Positions 1 through 10,183 of a stretch of 64,000 nt of DNA are shown here, one piece after another. A model generated the notes under the pieces. That model searched no databases. It had not been told where the DNA came from and was given only the letters and a program-made list of their open reading frames with translations. The DNA is from Chlorokybus atmophyticus (lineage: Eukaryota; Plantae; Mesostigma and Chlorokybus algae). The stretch spans positions 643,479 through 707,478 of the forward strand of contig RHPI01000385.1 in NCBI GenBank assembly GCA_009103225.1, written 5' to 3'. Positions within the stretch are counted from its first letter, which is position 1; each line of letters starts with the position of its first letter. The translations under genes were made by a program, and so were the position numbers.

Positions 1-423
1 CAGAAGTACATCTCGCGTGCAAGGGAGCTTTGGCAAGACCTTGCAGCAGTGGGCCACGACGTGAAGGAAGAGGAGGTGATGTGGGCAGTCTTAGCTGGCT
101 TAGGAAAGAGCTTTGCTACGCTAGTGACTGTATTGGAGTCCTCAGATGTGGTTTTGAAGTTTGCTGATGTAGTGCCTAAACTGCTAGCTGTGGAAGGCAA
201 GTTGGATGTTCAGGAGATAGAGAATGGTGGAGAACCTATCGCACTATCTGCCTCATCTTCTCAACACACACGCAGCAGGAGCAAAGCAGGTGGTGGGAAG
301 CCATCACGTGACAAAGAGTGTCACTACTGCAAGATGAAGGGCCACTTCATTCGCGAGTGCCAAAAGAGGATCCACGATGAGGCAACCAAGGAGGAGCACG
401 CCACGATGGCGATTGCTTTCTAG
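1..423 (+). CDS. Copia gag, C-terminal part (UBN2/Retrotran_gag_2-like region plus CCHC zinc knuckle)
   Basis: Near-identical to the C-terminal half of the 261-aa ORF at 11225-12010 (PIALSAS vs PIAFSAS); CX2CX4HX4C motif. Confidence 0.9.
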   Translation, partial: QKYISRARELWQDLAAVGHDVKEEEVMWAVLAGLGKSFATLVTVLESSDVVLKFADVVPKLLAVEGKLDVQEIENGGEPIALSASSSQHTRSRSKAGGGKPSRDKECHYCKMKGHFIRECQKRIHDEATKEEHATMAIAF

Positions 424-1071
424 CATTGGTGAGGACCTCAAGGAGTTGCAGTGGATGGTGTTCGTCCGTCCTCTCCCACTGCAAGGGCGCGTGAAGGACA
501 TGCGCAGACGGAGGTCGTAGACACAAAGGTCTGTGAGAGTTACTGCTAGCCTATGAGTAGTTGCTGGTGTTGAGCTGCATACACTAGAGGTTGCATTGCT
601 GTGGAGTTGTTTTCTGGTAGCACACAGGTGTGCGGTACTGGATAGAACACTTCAATTGATTGGCATGCAAGGACTTAGTTGTATAGCTAGCTAACAGGAG
701 ATGGGATGGGTGCTTTCCTTGGTAGAAGGGTCTGATCAACCCTTGCACGGCCTACACTCTGGTACAGCATTGCTAAGGTAGAGAACTCAGTGTAGTTTAT
801 AGCATAGTTTGCCATTGAGGGAGTCCTCGAAACCACCTGAGCAAGGTCAGGCGTGGCGTGGTGGAACCTGATGCGACAACTATGAGGAGGAAACAAGGAG
901 TATTGGAACCTTGTAATCCTGCTGGCAGCACGAGGAGAAGGATGGTGTCGTGGAGACAAGCATCAAGTCCGTGGGAGCAACACATCCGTGGGAGTGTTCG
1001 ATGGAGTAAGTTAATGTGGGTAAGCTTGCGAGAAGATCTTGAAGTTCAAGGTCAAGCTGCTCGCGTGGGAG

Positions 1072-1469
1072 TGTTAGATGTTATAGCTTGTTGAAAGTAC
1101 ATGTATAGGCGGCGCCTACATGTAGTTGGTACGATCAGCTTAACCTTTATAGTTACGGGAGTTACGAGAGTTACGAGAGTTACGGGAGTTACGGGAGTTA
1201 CGGCAGTTATGGTCAACCATGGTCAACTTTGACTTTGACCGTTGACTTTGACCATTGACTAGTGTTGACTAGTGTTGACTTTGACTAGAGTTGACTAGAG
1301 TTGACTAGTGCTTAGTAGCATAGTATATAAGACACTGTATACTGCTTAATACAGTGGGTCGCACATTGTCTCTGTAGTTGGCGTGCTTGCTGCACTTGTC
1401 CTTAGTGTGTGCACACTTGTATGTAGGAGGCAAATACACACACACTAGGCGCATCACTAGTTCTCAACA
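1072..1469 (+). repeat. Copia family A 3' LTR (398 bp) with internal 9-mer (GTTACGRGA x6) and TTGACY arrays
   Basis: TG...CA ends, preceded by GGGAG. Matches 10184-10581 and 4671-5046 (reverse) and 12133-12275 (partial). Confidence 0.9.
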
Positions 1470-1479
1470 CAAAGTCCGT

Positions 1480-2380
1480 GATTTGTACGGCCATTTTAGG
1501 CCTTATTTGTGAGATATCATGTTTTTATGACTTGTGGCGGATATAGGCGAGTTGCAGCAACTTGGTTTGCTTTAGACCGATCGTAGATCTGGATACCTGC
1601 CGCAGATATCAACCGGCCCAGATCTAGTCTGAAAGACGCCAGAAAACGGAGGGCCAGTGGAGAAGGGCTCGACCCGATTTTTGGAAGGGCCTGGCGCCAA
1701 GTGGTATCACTTGACTATACGAGCAGAAAATGAGGAGATCTTATATGCGTCGAAAAGGTTAAGAGGTGTACTATAAGATTTTGCGAGAATATCTTAGCTT
1801 CTAATATCGTTTGGACAATAGCATGTGCAAAGTGGTAGGTATAAAAGTGACATTTTACAATTCGCAATACAACCTTTCGCTCCTTAGTTTTTTGTGTGCA
1901 AGCTTAATGGTGGTCAGCAGGGGTTGCTAGCGAGTGTCCATTGATGTGTGCTTGCTCGTGTGATGATCCAAGGCGCGACACGCGTCGAAGTGCAGCTTGA
2001 GCACATGCGCGAGCGTACGCAAGTGGCGGGGCGCGCGTGTGTGCTTGGTAGAGGGGGCAAGATTTTGGTGTGAATACTGTGTCTTGGTGAGAGGGTTGTT
2101 GATTGGACCAACTCACAGGTGACAAGGCACGAGCACCATCGCAAAAGATTTCCTGATTGTGTGCTCATATGGTCAAGTTATACTACTTGGCGCCAGGCCT
2201 TTCCAAAACTCTTGTCGAGCCCTTTTCAACTGGCCCTCCGCATTTTAACACCTTTTAAACTGATCCTGGGGCCCCAATCAAGATCCATGGTAGACTCAAA
2301 ACTCGCCAAGATGTGCCACAAGTCATTACAACGTGGTGCTCAATAAATGAGCCACAATGGGTCCTAGAATCATGAAACTT
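1480..2380. repeat. Diverged long inverted repeat: arms ~1480-1745 and ~2140-2380, spacer ~400 bp
   Basis: CGGAGGGCCAGTGGAGAAGGGCTCGAC...GGAAGGGCCTGGCGCCAAGTGGTATCACTTGACTATACGAGCA (from ~1647) matches the reverse complement of ~2161-2240; weaker matches extend outwards. Confidence 0.7.
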
Positions 2381-3124
2381 GGCCTCTCAACTGCTACAAT
2401 TAAGTTGCGTTAACCTGCATTTGCCGCGGTCGCTAACAACCCTATTGCCATGGTGACCGATGTGACCAAGAAGGGTGCCTAGGGCGCCTACGCTGGCCAT
2501 TTCAATGAACAAGTTGACGCCAGCAACAAGGGCAACGCCAAAGACAAGTGCAACACCCATGATAAGGTCATGAGACTAGTAAAGACAAGGCCAATGACGT
2601 TGCCAAGCACACCAACCAACATAAGAAGGAGAAAACCCCAACCAAGAATAAAAAGGACAGGCCTCTAGCCAAGCACACTCCCCTCCCGTTTCCAAAAACA
2701 AACGTGGTAAGTCCCTCTCAGCACTGGCTTAGACATGCGGTCTCTCTTGCACAATTACACATAGGGTTTGCGACAGTATTTGTTGTTACTATTGATTTCA
2801 ACATTTTTGCTAGTTTTTCCCCCAACACTTATCGTGTTTGAAATGCGTTGTCAGTGCCGCTGGCGCAGTGCATGCACTGCCTTCACCCCACGACTAGCCT
2901 TGCGCGAGTGGTTTCAAATTCCTTTTATGAGCAAATATGCTATAAGCTGCACCAAGTTTTCCACCTGAGCAATGCTATGCAAAAATGTAGGTCGTGCAAG
3001 GGTGATTAAACCCTTCCACCAAGGAAGGCACCCCTCCATCTCTTGTTAGCAAGCTATACAACACAATCCTTGCATGCCAATCTAATAAAGTGCTCTAGCC
3101 AGTACTACACACCTGTGTGGTACT

Positions 3125-3528
3125 GCATGTGTTGCAGCGGTTTGGGCGTTAATCTTCCACAGCTAAGGGCTATGTGCGCAAGGCCTTGCCTGAGTTGCAT
3201 ACACTCTCGAGGAGCCTCGGCTCGAGCGGTACGCGCTCTGCATTGTTGTCATCCATTGATCGACCCATAGTGACCCCTAAGCATGAGCTGTATGTCGCAT
3301 ATAACTTGTGTGGTAGTTATACGAGGTCATGAAGCGCATGAGATGCGCGCCCATGAACTCAAGAACTCGTTGCTGAGTTATGAGACTCTTGTGCCCCTAG
3401 TGCCCTAGGCACTTGGGGGGCACAAGCATTCATAAGGCGTAAGTTGTGAGTCACAAGCTTCGTATTTAGTCGCTTGGTATCCTAGCATGGCGGCGCCATC
3501 CTTGATGTATATAACTCGTGTGTGAGTT
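3125..3528 (+). mobile_element. 3' end fragment of the YR (DIRS-order) retrotransposon: YR C-terminus, B1 repeat, part of A, end of B2
   Basis: Homologous to the reverse complement of ~15941-16620 (GGGCTATGTGCGC..., GATCGACCCATAG..., ATGAAGCGCATGAGATGCGCGCCCATGAACTC, end TATAACTCGTGTGTGAGT). Confidence 0.85.
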
Positions 3529-4670
3529 ATAGTCGGCTGTTCCAGCTAACGACGCCTCCTCCCAATTGGTGTTGAGTGTAACCTATGGTAGACCTCCTTG
3601 TTTCAAGGTGTGCAGCATAGTCTGCATCACAGTGGCTTGTAATGTAATGTCCGTTTTCCTCCCAAAAGTGATACCCATGTCCTCTGTGCTTTCAGTAGCG
3701 AAGAACTCCTTTCGTTGCCTTTCAATGCTTCATTGTGGGTGCTGACATGTGTCTCGCTAACACGTCCACGGCTTGTGCAATGTCACGCCTCGTGGCAATG
3801 AAGAAGTAGATGAGGTTTTCAACGAGCTCACCATATGGGAAGATAGGTGTGTCAAGCACAGTAGTAGTGTCTCGTGCCTTGAGTAGCTGCATTCTCGCAC
3901 TTAGTGGTGTAGCCTTGCCCGTTGCATAATGTACCTTCAACTTGTTAAGGAAGTCAGGTACCATCTGCTTTTGATCTTGATTGTATTCGCATATCTGTCC
4001 CTGGTGATGTCGATGCCGAGGAACAAGTGTGCATCTCCAAAATTGCGAATTTCGAATGCAAACATCAATGTCACCTTGATCTGCTATAGTGCCGAAACAC
4101 TTGCAGATGCCAAAATGATGTCGCTCACAAACACCAACAACCCAACCTCTTTGTCTTCATAAATGAAGAGCCCTGGGTATGATGTAAAATGTTGTACGCC
4201 CATCTTCTCCAGCTTCTTGCTGAGCTCAATGTGCCAAACTCGCGGCGCTTGCATAAGCCCATATAAAGCTTTGTGCAGCAAGCATGCCTTACCCGAGTCT
4301 CCCTCCTCGTACCCTCGTGCCCACCCTTGAGGCTGCTGCACGAAAATATGCTCATCCAACTCTTTACGGAAAAAGGCAGTCTTTACGTCAAGGTGGTGCA
4401 GCTCCAAGTCCGCCACAGCAACCTTGAAGAGTAGTGCCATGAAGGTTGTGTATTTGCTAGCAGGTGCAAATACCTTCTTATAGCCAACTCCCTCCTGTTA
4501 AAAAAAGCCCTTTGCTACAAGTCGCGCCTTGTAGCGCTTAATGTTGCCCTTGCTGTTACGCTTGATCTTGTACACCCACTTGACAGGTATAGGCTTGTCG
4601 CCTTATGGAACCTGCTCGAGTACTCAACTCTTATTGGCGTGTAGCGCAGCAATCTTTTTATTCATGGCCT
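3529..4670 (-). pseudogene. Degenerate copia pol fragment (RT and start of RNase H)
   Basis: LELHHLDVKTAF, LHKALYGLMQAPRVW, VFVSDIILAS (degenerate YVDD region), ATRRDIAQAV; many stops and frameshifts; homologous to ~14110-15250. Confidence 0.9.
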
Positions 4671-5183
4671 TGTTGAGCACTAGTGATGCGCCTAGTGTGT
4701 GTGTATTTGCCTGCTACATACAAGTGTGCACACACTAAGAACAAGTGCAGCAAGCCAACTATAGAGACAATGTGCGACCCATTGTATTAAGCAGTATACA
4801 GTGTCTTATATACTATGCTACTAAGTACTAGTCAACTCTAGTCAACTCTAGTCAAAGTCAACACTAGTCAACACTAGTCAATGGTCAAAGTCAACGGTCA
4901 AAGTCAAAGTTGACTATGGTTGACCATAATTGCCGTAACTCCCGTAACTCTCGTAACTCCCATAACTATAAAGGTTAAGCTGATCGTATCGACTACATGT
5001 AGGCGCCGCCTATACATGTACTTTTAACAAGCTATAACATTTAACACTCCCACGCGAGTTGCTTGATCTTGAACTCCAAGTTCTTCTCGCAAGCTTACCC
5101 ACATTAACTTACTCCATTGAATACTCCCACGGATCTGTTGCTCCCACGGACTTGATGCTTGTCTTAATGACACCATCTTTCTC
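4671..5183 (-). mobile_element. Copia family A 3' LTR (4671-5046) plus ~140 bp of adjacent internal sequence, inserted in the copia RT fragment
   Basis: Matches 10184-10720 with more substitutions and one fewer 9-mer repeat. Junction at ATGGCCT/TGTTGAG, where the homologue at ~15250 continues TGCGCCAC. Confidence 0.88.
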
Positions 5184-7792
5184 TTTGAACTCCTTAAGCA
5201 AATTCTGCACCTCGGGGTCCTCCGAACTCTCCAAAATAATGCCAACCAGCTCCAAGTCCTACTTAGGAGGTGTCTTACGCACCAAGCACAGCCATGCATC
5301 CTTCACGTCGTTCCCGGACCAGATCTGCTCCATCTCAATCTTAGAAACTCGTGACACCAGCTCCGGAACCTCTCCCCTTGAGCTAGAAGCATGTTGTGGT
5401 GCATCTTGCTCACGCGCCTTTGTGTCGTGTGCGTCACGCGTATGCAGCACATTGCTAGCAGCCTAGACGCAGCTGACACGCTGTTGAACCACACACTCGC
5501 CTTGCATTAAAGCACACTAAAACCTCACCACCGGCTTCCGGGGCAGCAAGCACGCGCTTCCTCCAATCAATGGCGGGGTTATGTGTCCAAAGCCAAGGCA
5601 GCCTCAAAATGCCATCAAAGCCATTGTTCAGCTCGATGCAGCAAAAGCGTAAGCGATCCTTCATCATCCCCTTGGCATCTCAAGCTCTTTGCTTTGCTTA
5701 AAAGCTCCTCCTACTGGTGCATAGCCGTCCGCTAAAGCCACCAAGCCAGCATTTGCCCATGACAGCCACTTGTGCCGACGCGAAATCTCACGACTCATAA
5801 AGTTGCTGTTCGCGCCGCAACCCACTAGCATCTTACACTCCATCCAAGGCCCATTGCCCTCCCGGATTAGTGCCATAACTCCAAATAGCTGCCTCGCCTT
5901 GTCGGGCTCACGAACCATATCGCTTTGCATTGCCGTTGCGCACATGCCGCCAACCGCCAACAATGCTTCCACGCCAGCCGCTGGACCTTCAACATCATAG
6001 TGAGGCTGCATCACCACCCCAGCAAGAGCCTCTTTAGCTACTGAGGTGAGCCGTTTCCCGGCTGTAACATATCCTCCTCCACCATGTTCACGCGTCCACC
6101 GCCGCGAGCGTTGCGGGTATGTGCAGCAGAGTTTGCTTTGAAGATGGGCAGCTAAAGCGCACATGATCAGCGGAAGAGCATTCCCAACACTTTCGAACTG
6201 CCTTGGAATCTTCTCAACCCCTTGTCCTCTTCTTGGAGACATGGAGAGCACCCAACTCCATTGGAATTGGCCCCGAGCCAGCCCCATGAGCTGCTACAGC
6301 TTCCGACCCAGCCCCAACAGATGCGTACAAGCGATACAAACCTCCACCAGATTAATTGAAGTGTTCACTATCAGCGTATTTGGCAGTCCCCTTGAAGTAC
6401 AACACGTCCGTGCGCTCGGCGATGCGAATGGCCTCCGCGAGAGTCTTCGCGTCACGAAGCTCAACTTCTCTGCGATAAAGAGTCTTCAACCCGCGCGTGT
6501 AGCGGTCTAGCTGCTCCTCCTCAATCATGTTGAATACGGAGAGCACAAGACGCTGAAACGCAGAGGCATAGGCCATCACGAACTGCATTTGCACAAGCGT
6601 AGAGAGCTGGTCGCGTGCCGTCTTTACACTCTCCATCGGTACGAACTATTGCTTCACCTCAGCAGCCAGCTCAGCCACGGTAGTGAAAGGAACCTCAAGA
6701 CCAGCTTCCACACGAGCACAACGATGACGCCACCACACAAGTGCAGCTCCCTTAGAGAAAATAGCAGCCACATCGACACGGAGACGTATGGGTACCTCGG
6801 TGAGCTTCAACCATGTCAAAGCGGCATACACCCACTGCTCGACACAGTCACCGTTCCTTTGACCCTAAAATGACTTTGGTTTTAGTAGCTTCACATAACG
6901 AGAGGCTGATGGAGCAACCATATGAGCTGCAACGGACGCGGACGCGCTATGGCTTGTTGAAATTGTGCCGCTTTAGCTTGGGCAGATGCTTGGACACGTT
7001 GCAGCGCCTCATGAGCAGCCACCAGCACTTGCTGAAGCTCCACAACACGTGCATCATCCATGATAGCGTCCATAGACAAAAAAAATACCTCACACACCAA
7101 AGAGATAGTCAATATCCCCTTACAACAAGAAAGCCAACCACTTAAAGGGCTCCGATACCACTGTAATGATGCTCGTGCTCACATATACAGCACACAAGTC
7201 ATACAACACATGTGTGCACACTGAGCACAGTTTTCACACCGGAACCTTGCCTTCCCTCGCGCACACGCATGCGTTGACTACTTCTTCTCACACCACGCAA
7301 GAACGCAGCAGTGTGCCTTGGATCACGCCTCTCTCAAGCATACACCAGTATACTTACAGCAGAGAGCAGAAAGCAAAGTTGGTTGTATTACACAGGGTTT
7401 TCCTATTTATACCAGCACCAAAACTAAGCAAGTTAATAACCAAGCATTTTTTTTATATAATACCAAATCTAAAGGACTGTATAAGTGCAGGCTGCTGCCC
7501 CTCGTGTCGGGTACCTTTCACGCGGCAGCTGACTGTGGACTCCGCGTCGTAAGGTACTGTACAGCACGTAGCTGACTGCGAAGTCCGCGTCACCTGGCAC
7601 AGTCTAGTCAGGTGTGACATCACATGCCGCGGCAGTCACGTCGCTATTGGCTCGGTGGCAAGCACGTCGCAGGTTGGCAGCTGCTGGCAAAGGCGAAGTC
7701 GCGCGCTGCAGTAAAGCCGGCGCCAGAAGGGCCCAATAAAGCCTTACAAAACCCTTTATTAAGCCAAACAAGGGTAAAACACATATTATACA
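5184..7792 (-). mobile_element. Ty3/gypsy 5' half: 5' LTR (~7162-7792), tRNA-iMet PBS, degenerate gag and aspartic protease, truncated before RT
   Basis: PBS TGGTATCGGAGC at 7149-7160 (minus) next to an LTR end ...ATTACA. Gag GAALVWWR...AYASAFQRL...YTRGLK; protease MLVGCGANSNFM (catalytic D to G); FDGILRLPWLWTHNPAIDW. LTR outer boundary approximate. Confidence 0.85.
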
Positions 7793-9452
7793 TGCATTAA
7801 AATATGAAAAAGGGTCCAGGCTGTTACATCCTTCAGGACCACATTATGTGTGGTACCCGCCACCACAGTATGTAGGATGACGGTGCATACTCCCACAGCT
7901 GTCAAGTGTAGCTTGTTGCCAAAGCTCACTTTCACACTAGCAGCATCGCTCATGGCATGACAATCCTTGAACTTATGTCTGTGTGGGGTCGTATTTTGTG
8001 TGCACGCAAATGAACAACCAAGCGCTCTCAATAGCAGTTGTGCTGGCAGTAAGTGCTACAACCTGCCTATCAGAACCTTGTTTCTATTGCTGATCGTGCT
8101 TCAACTTGTTACAAACCTTTTTTACGTGTCCCTTATTGTCAGTAGTAGCAAGCACGCGTCTTCTTCCCCCCACCACCGTGGTTGCTTTTGGGGCATGGGT
8201 TGTATCGCGTTGCGAATGTTACAGCTTCATGCGCGTCTTGGTGTAAAGTGGATGCCCGTTGCTCGATTTATAACAGGCGTGGGGTGACCGCTTTAATGGT
8301 GAGCTCCTTACTGGATGACTTCATGATGGTGAGAGTACTCCTTGGGTAGGCCAGCGAGGAATGCCCAAACGACCTCCACCTCTTTCACTTCCTGACCAAT
8401 GGCGAGCAAGTCATCCCACAGATGCCTAGCTCGCGTATTGAACTTGAGGACATGTTCAGCAAAATCTTTCCTCAAAGCATTCAAGCTTCCTCAACTACAA
8501 CTTCTTAGAATTGTTCTTAGCCTTATACACATCTGTAAACGTCAACCACAACTCTATAGCAGTCTTGCCACATGCAACAAGCACTAAGTGATGCTATACA
8601 ATATTCCATCCACGCGAGTGCCTAGTTGGATTTGTTCTTTGGGTCCGCGTCCGCCATGTCGGGAGCGCTCTCCACGGGATCCACCATCGATCATAGGTCT
8701 TTATGCATGAGTAGCATCTGCAACTGGATGCTCCATGTCTTATAGGTGTCGAGGTCTAATGGCTCAATGTTAACCTTGTCATAGCTGGTCGTCATGCTTC
8801 TCTTACAAGTCCGCAATGAAGACGGCACCTCTCCAAGCTATAGCAACTCGTGTATGCTATGCTAGCGCTAGTGTGGGCCCATAACATGTTGAGATTGCAC
8901 AGTTGCAACAATGCACACGCACTAGTGTGGCGCTGATAAGTAGAGCAGAGTGGCGGTCTTACTATATTGCACGACGTATAGTGTCTTCTATAGTACACTA
9001 GTGAGTGCTAGTCAACACTAATAAGTGCTCATACACACTCACACACGAATTGTATGTGACATACAGCTTATGCTGGGGGGTCGCTATGCCACTCCACGCT
9101 CGCCACCCACGCCCAGGATGGCGCCGCCGTGCTAGGGTTTCAAGCAATTAAATGAGAAGCTTGTGACTCACTATTCACGCCTAATGAGTGCTTGTGCCCC
9201 CCAAGTGCCAACGGCTAGGGGCACAAGAGTCTCATAACTCATTAACGAGGTCTTAAGTTCATGGGCGCGCATTTCATGTGCTTCATGAACTCGTATCACC
9301 AATCAAAGTCGACAATTAAAGTCAAAGTCAGTGGTTAAAGTCAAAGGTCAAAGTTAATGTTGACCATTGTGGACTATAACTGCCATAACGGCAGTAGATC
9401 GTAACTGTCAAGTTAAAGATGATCGTAAAAACTTAGCTAAGGCGCCTTGCCA
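7793..9452 (-). mobile_element. Copia family B 5' part: interrupted 5' LTR (8887-~9452), PBS, degenerate gag, zinc knuckle and protease region
   Basis: PBS TGTTATGGGCCCA at 8874-8886. LTR similar to 13464-13754. CYY...KGHVKKVC-like knuckle near 8100-8160; VSFGNKLHLTAVGVCTV...VVLKDV peptide; many stops. Confidence 0.75.
9037..9300 (-). mobile_element. Short YR-retrotransposon terminal fragment (part of A plus B2) inside the copia B 5' LTR
   Basis: Homologous to 15941-15985 joined to ~16240-16420 (AGGATGGCGCCGCC.GCTAGGGTTTCA...GGGGCACAAGAGTCTCATAAC). Confidence 0.8.
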
Positions 9453-10183
9453 AGTACCTTTAACGAGAGGTCGTTGGTCATCCTCTCCTCCCTTAGTAAT
9501 AATTGCAACTTCCCCTACGAGCTGCTGCACCATTAATGCTGGTGAGACTTTCATCTATAAGTCCTTCATGGTTGTATATAAGATAGCCAAGCTTGACCAG
9601 CAACTTCATAGCAGAATTGTTACAAACATCCTTTAGATAGGGAGAACCTCTTTCCCACATGCGAGCAGCATAGCTTAGAATCGAAGAGCCAGTCACGCAC
9701 AGCACCAGCAAGATCCTTGCGCTTCGCATCATGTAAGCGGAGAAGAACTCCAAGCGTGGCATCGTTTTGTGCATGTTTGAGGCTACCATCCTGGCTAGTT
9801 GCTGCTAGTGTGCTCCTTTATGAAAGCAGCAGTCGTGATCATGGCATGCACATGATTTTACAGCTCTATCACTTGGGCCGCGAGTGGGAGTAGCCGTGAT
9901 CATTGGCATTCCATTAGTCATTAATACAGGATATTTACTCGTGCACAAGGTGTGTCGCAAGATCTGTAGTGATTTGCGTGCTTGACATTTGAAAAGAAAT
10001 CGCCTTACTTGAGTGACATTGCTGACCGCGCACTTCTCAAGTTGTACGAGGTGTCACAAGTGGGCTCTCACCAGTAGGCTCTGGTAGTAAAAAACGCTAC
10101 CACAAGTGAGGTCTGTTACAATGTCCCATATGATGACATTCCTCCCCATTTCAACCCACGGGTTCCTCGTTATCCAATGAAGC

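Larger units (their letters stand above)
1..1469 (+). mobile_element. Ty1/copia-derived LTR element, family A, copy 1 (5' end outside window): gag, non-coding spacer, 3' LTR; no pol
   Basis: gag ORF to 423 with zinc knuckle CHYCKMKGHFIREC. GGGAG is followed by an LTR running TGTTAG...CTCAACA (1072-1469). Near-identical inverted copy at 10184-12275. Confidence 0.9.

Noticed and set aside
1152-1310. Short regular repeats as a CRISPR array
   Set aside because: No unique spacers, eukaryotic context, and they lie within an LTR.
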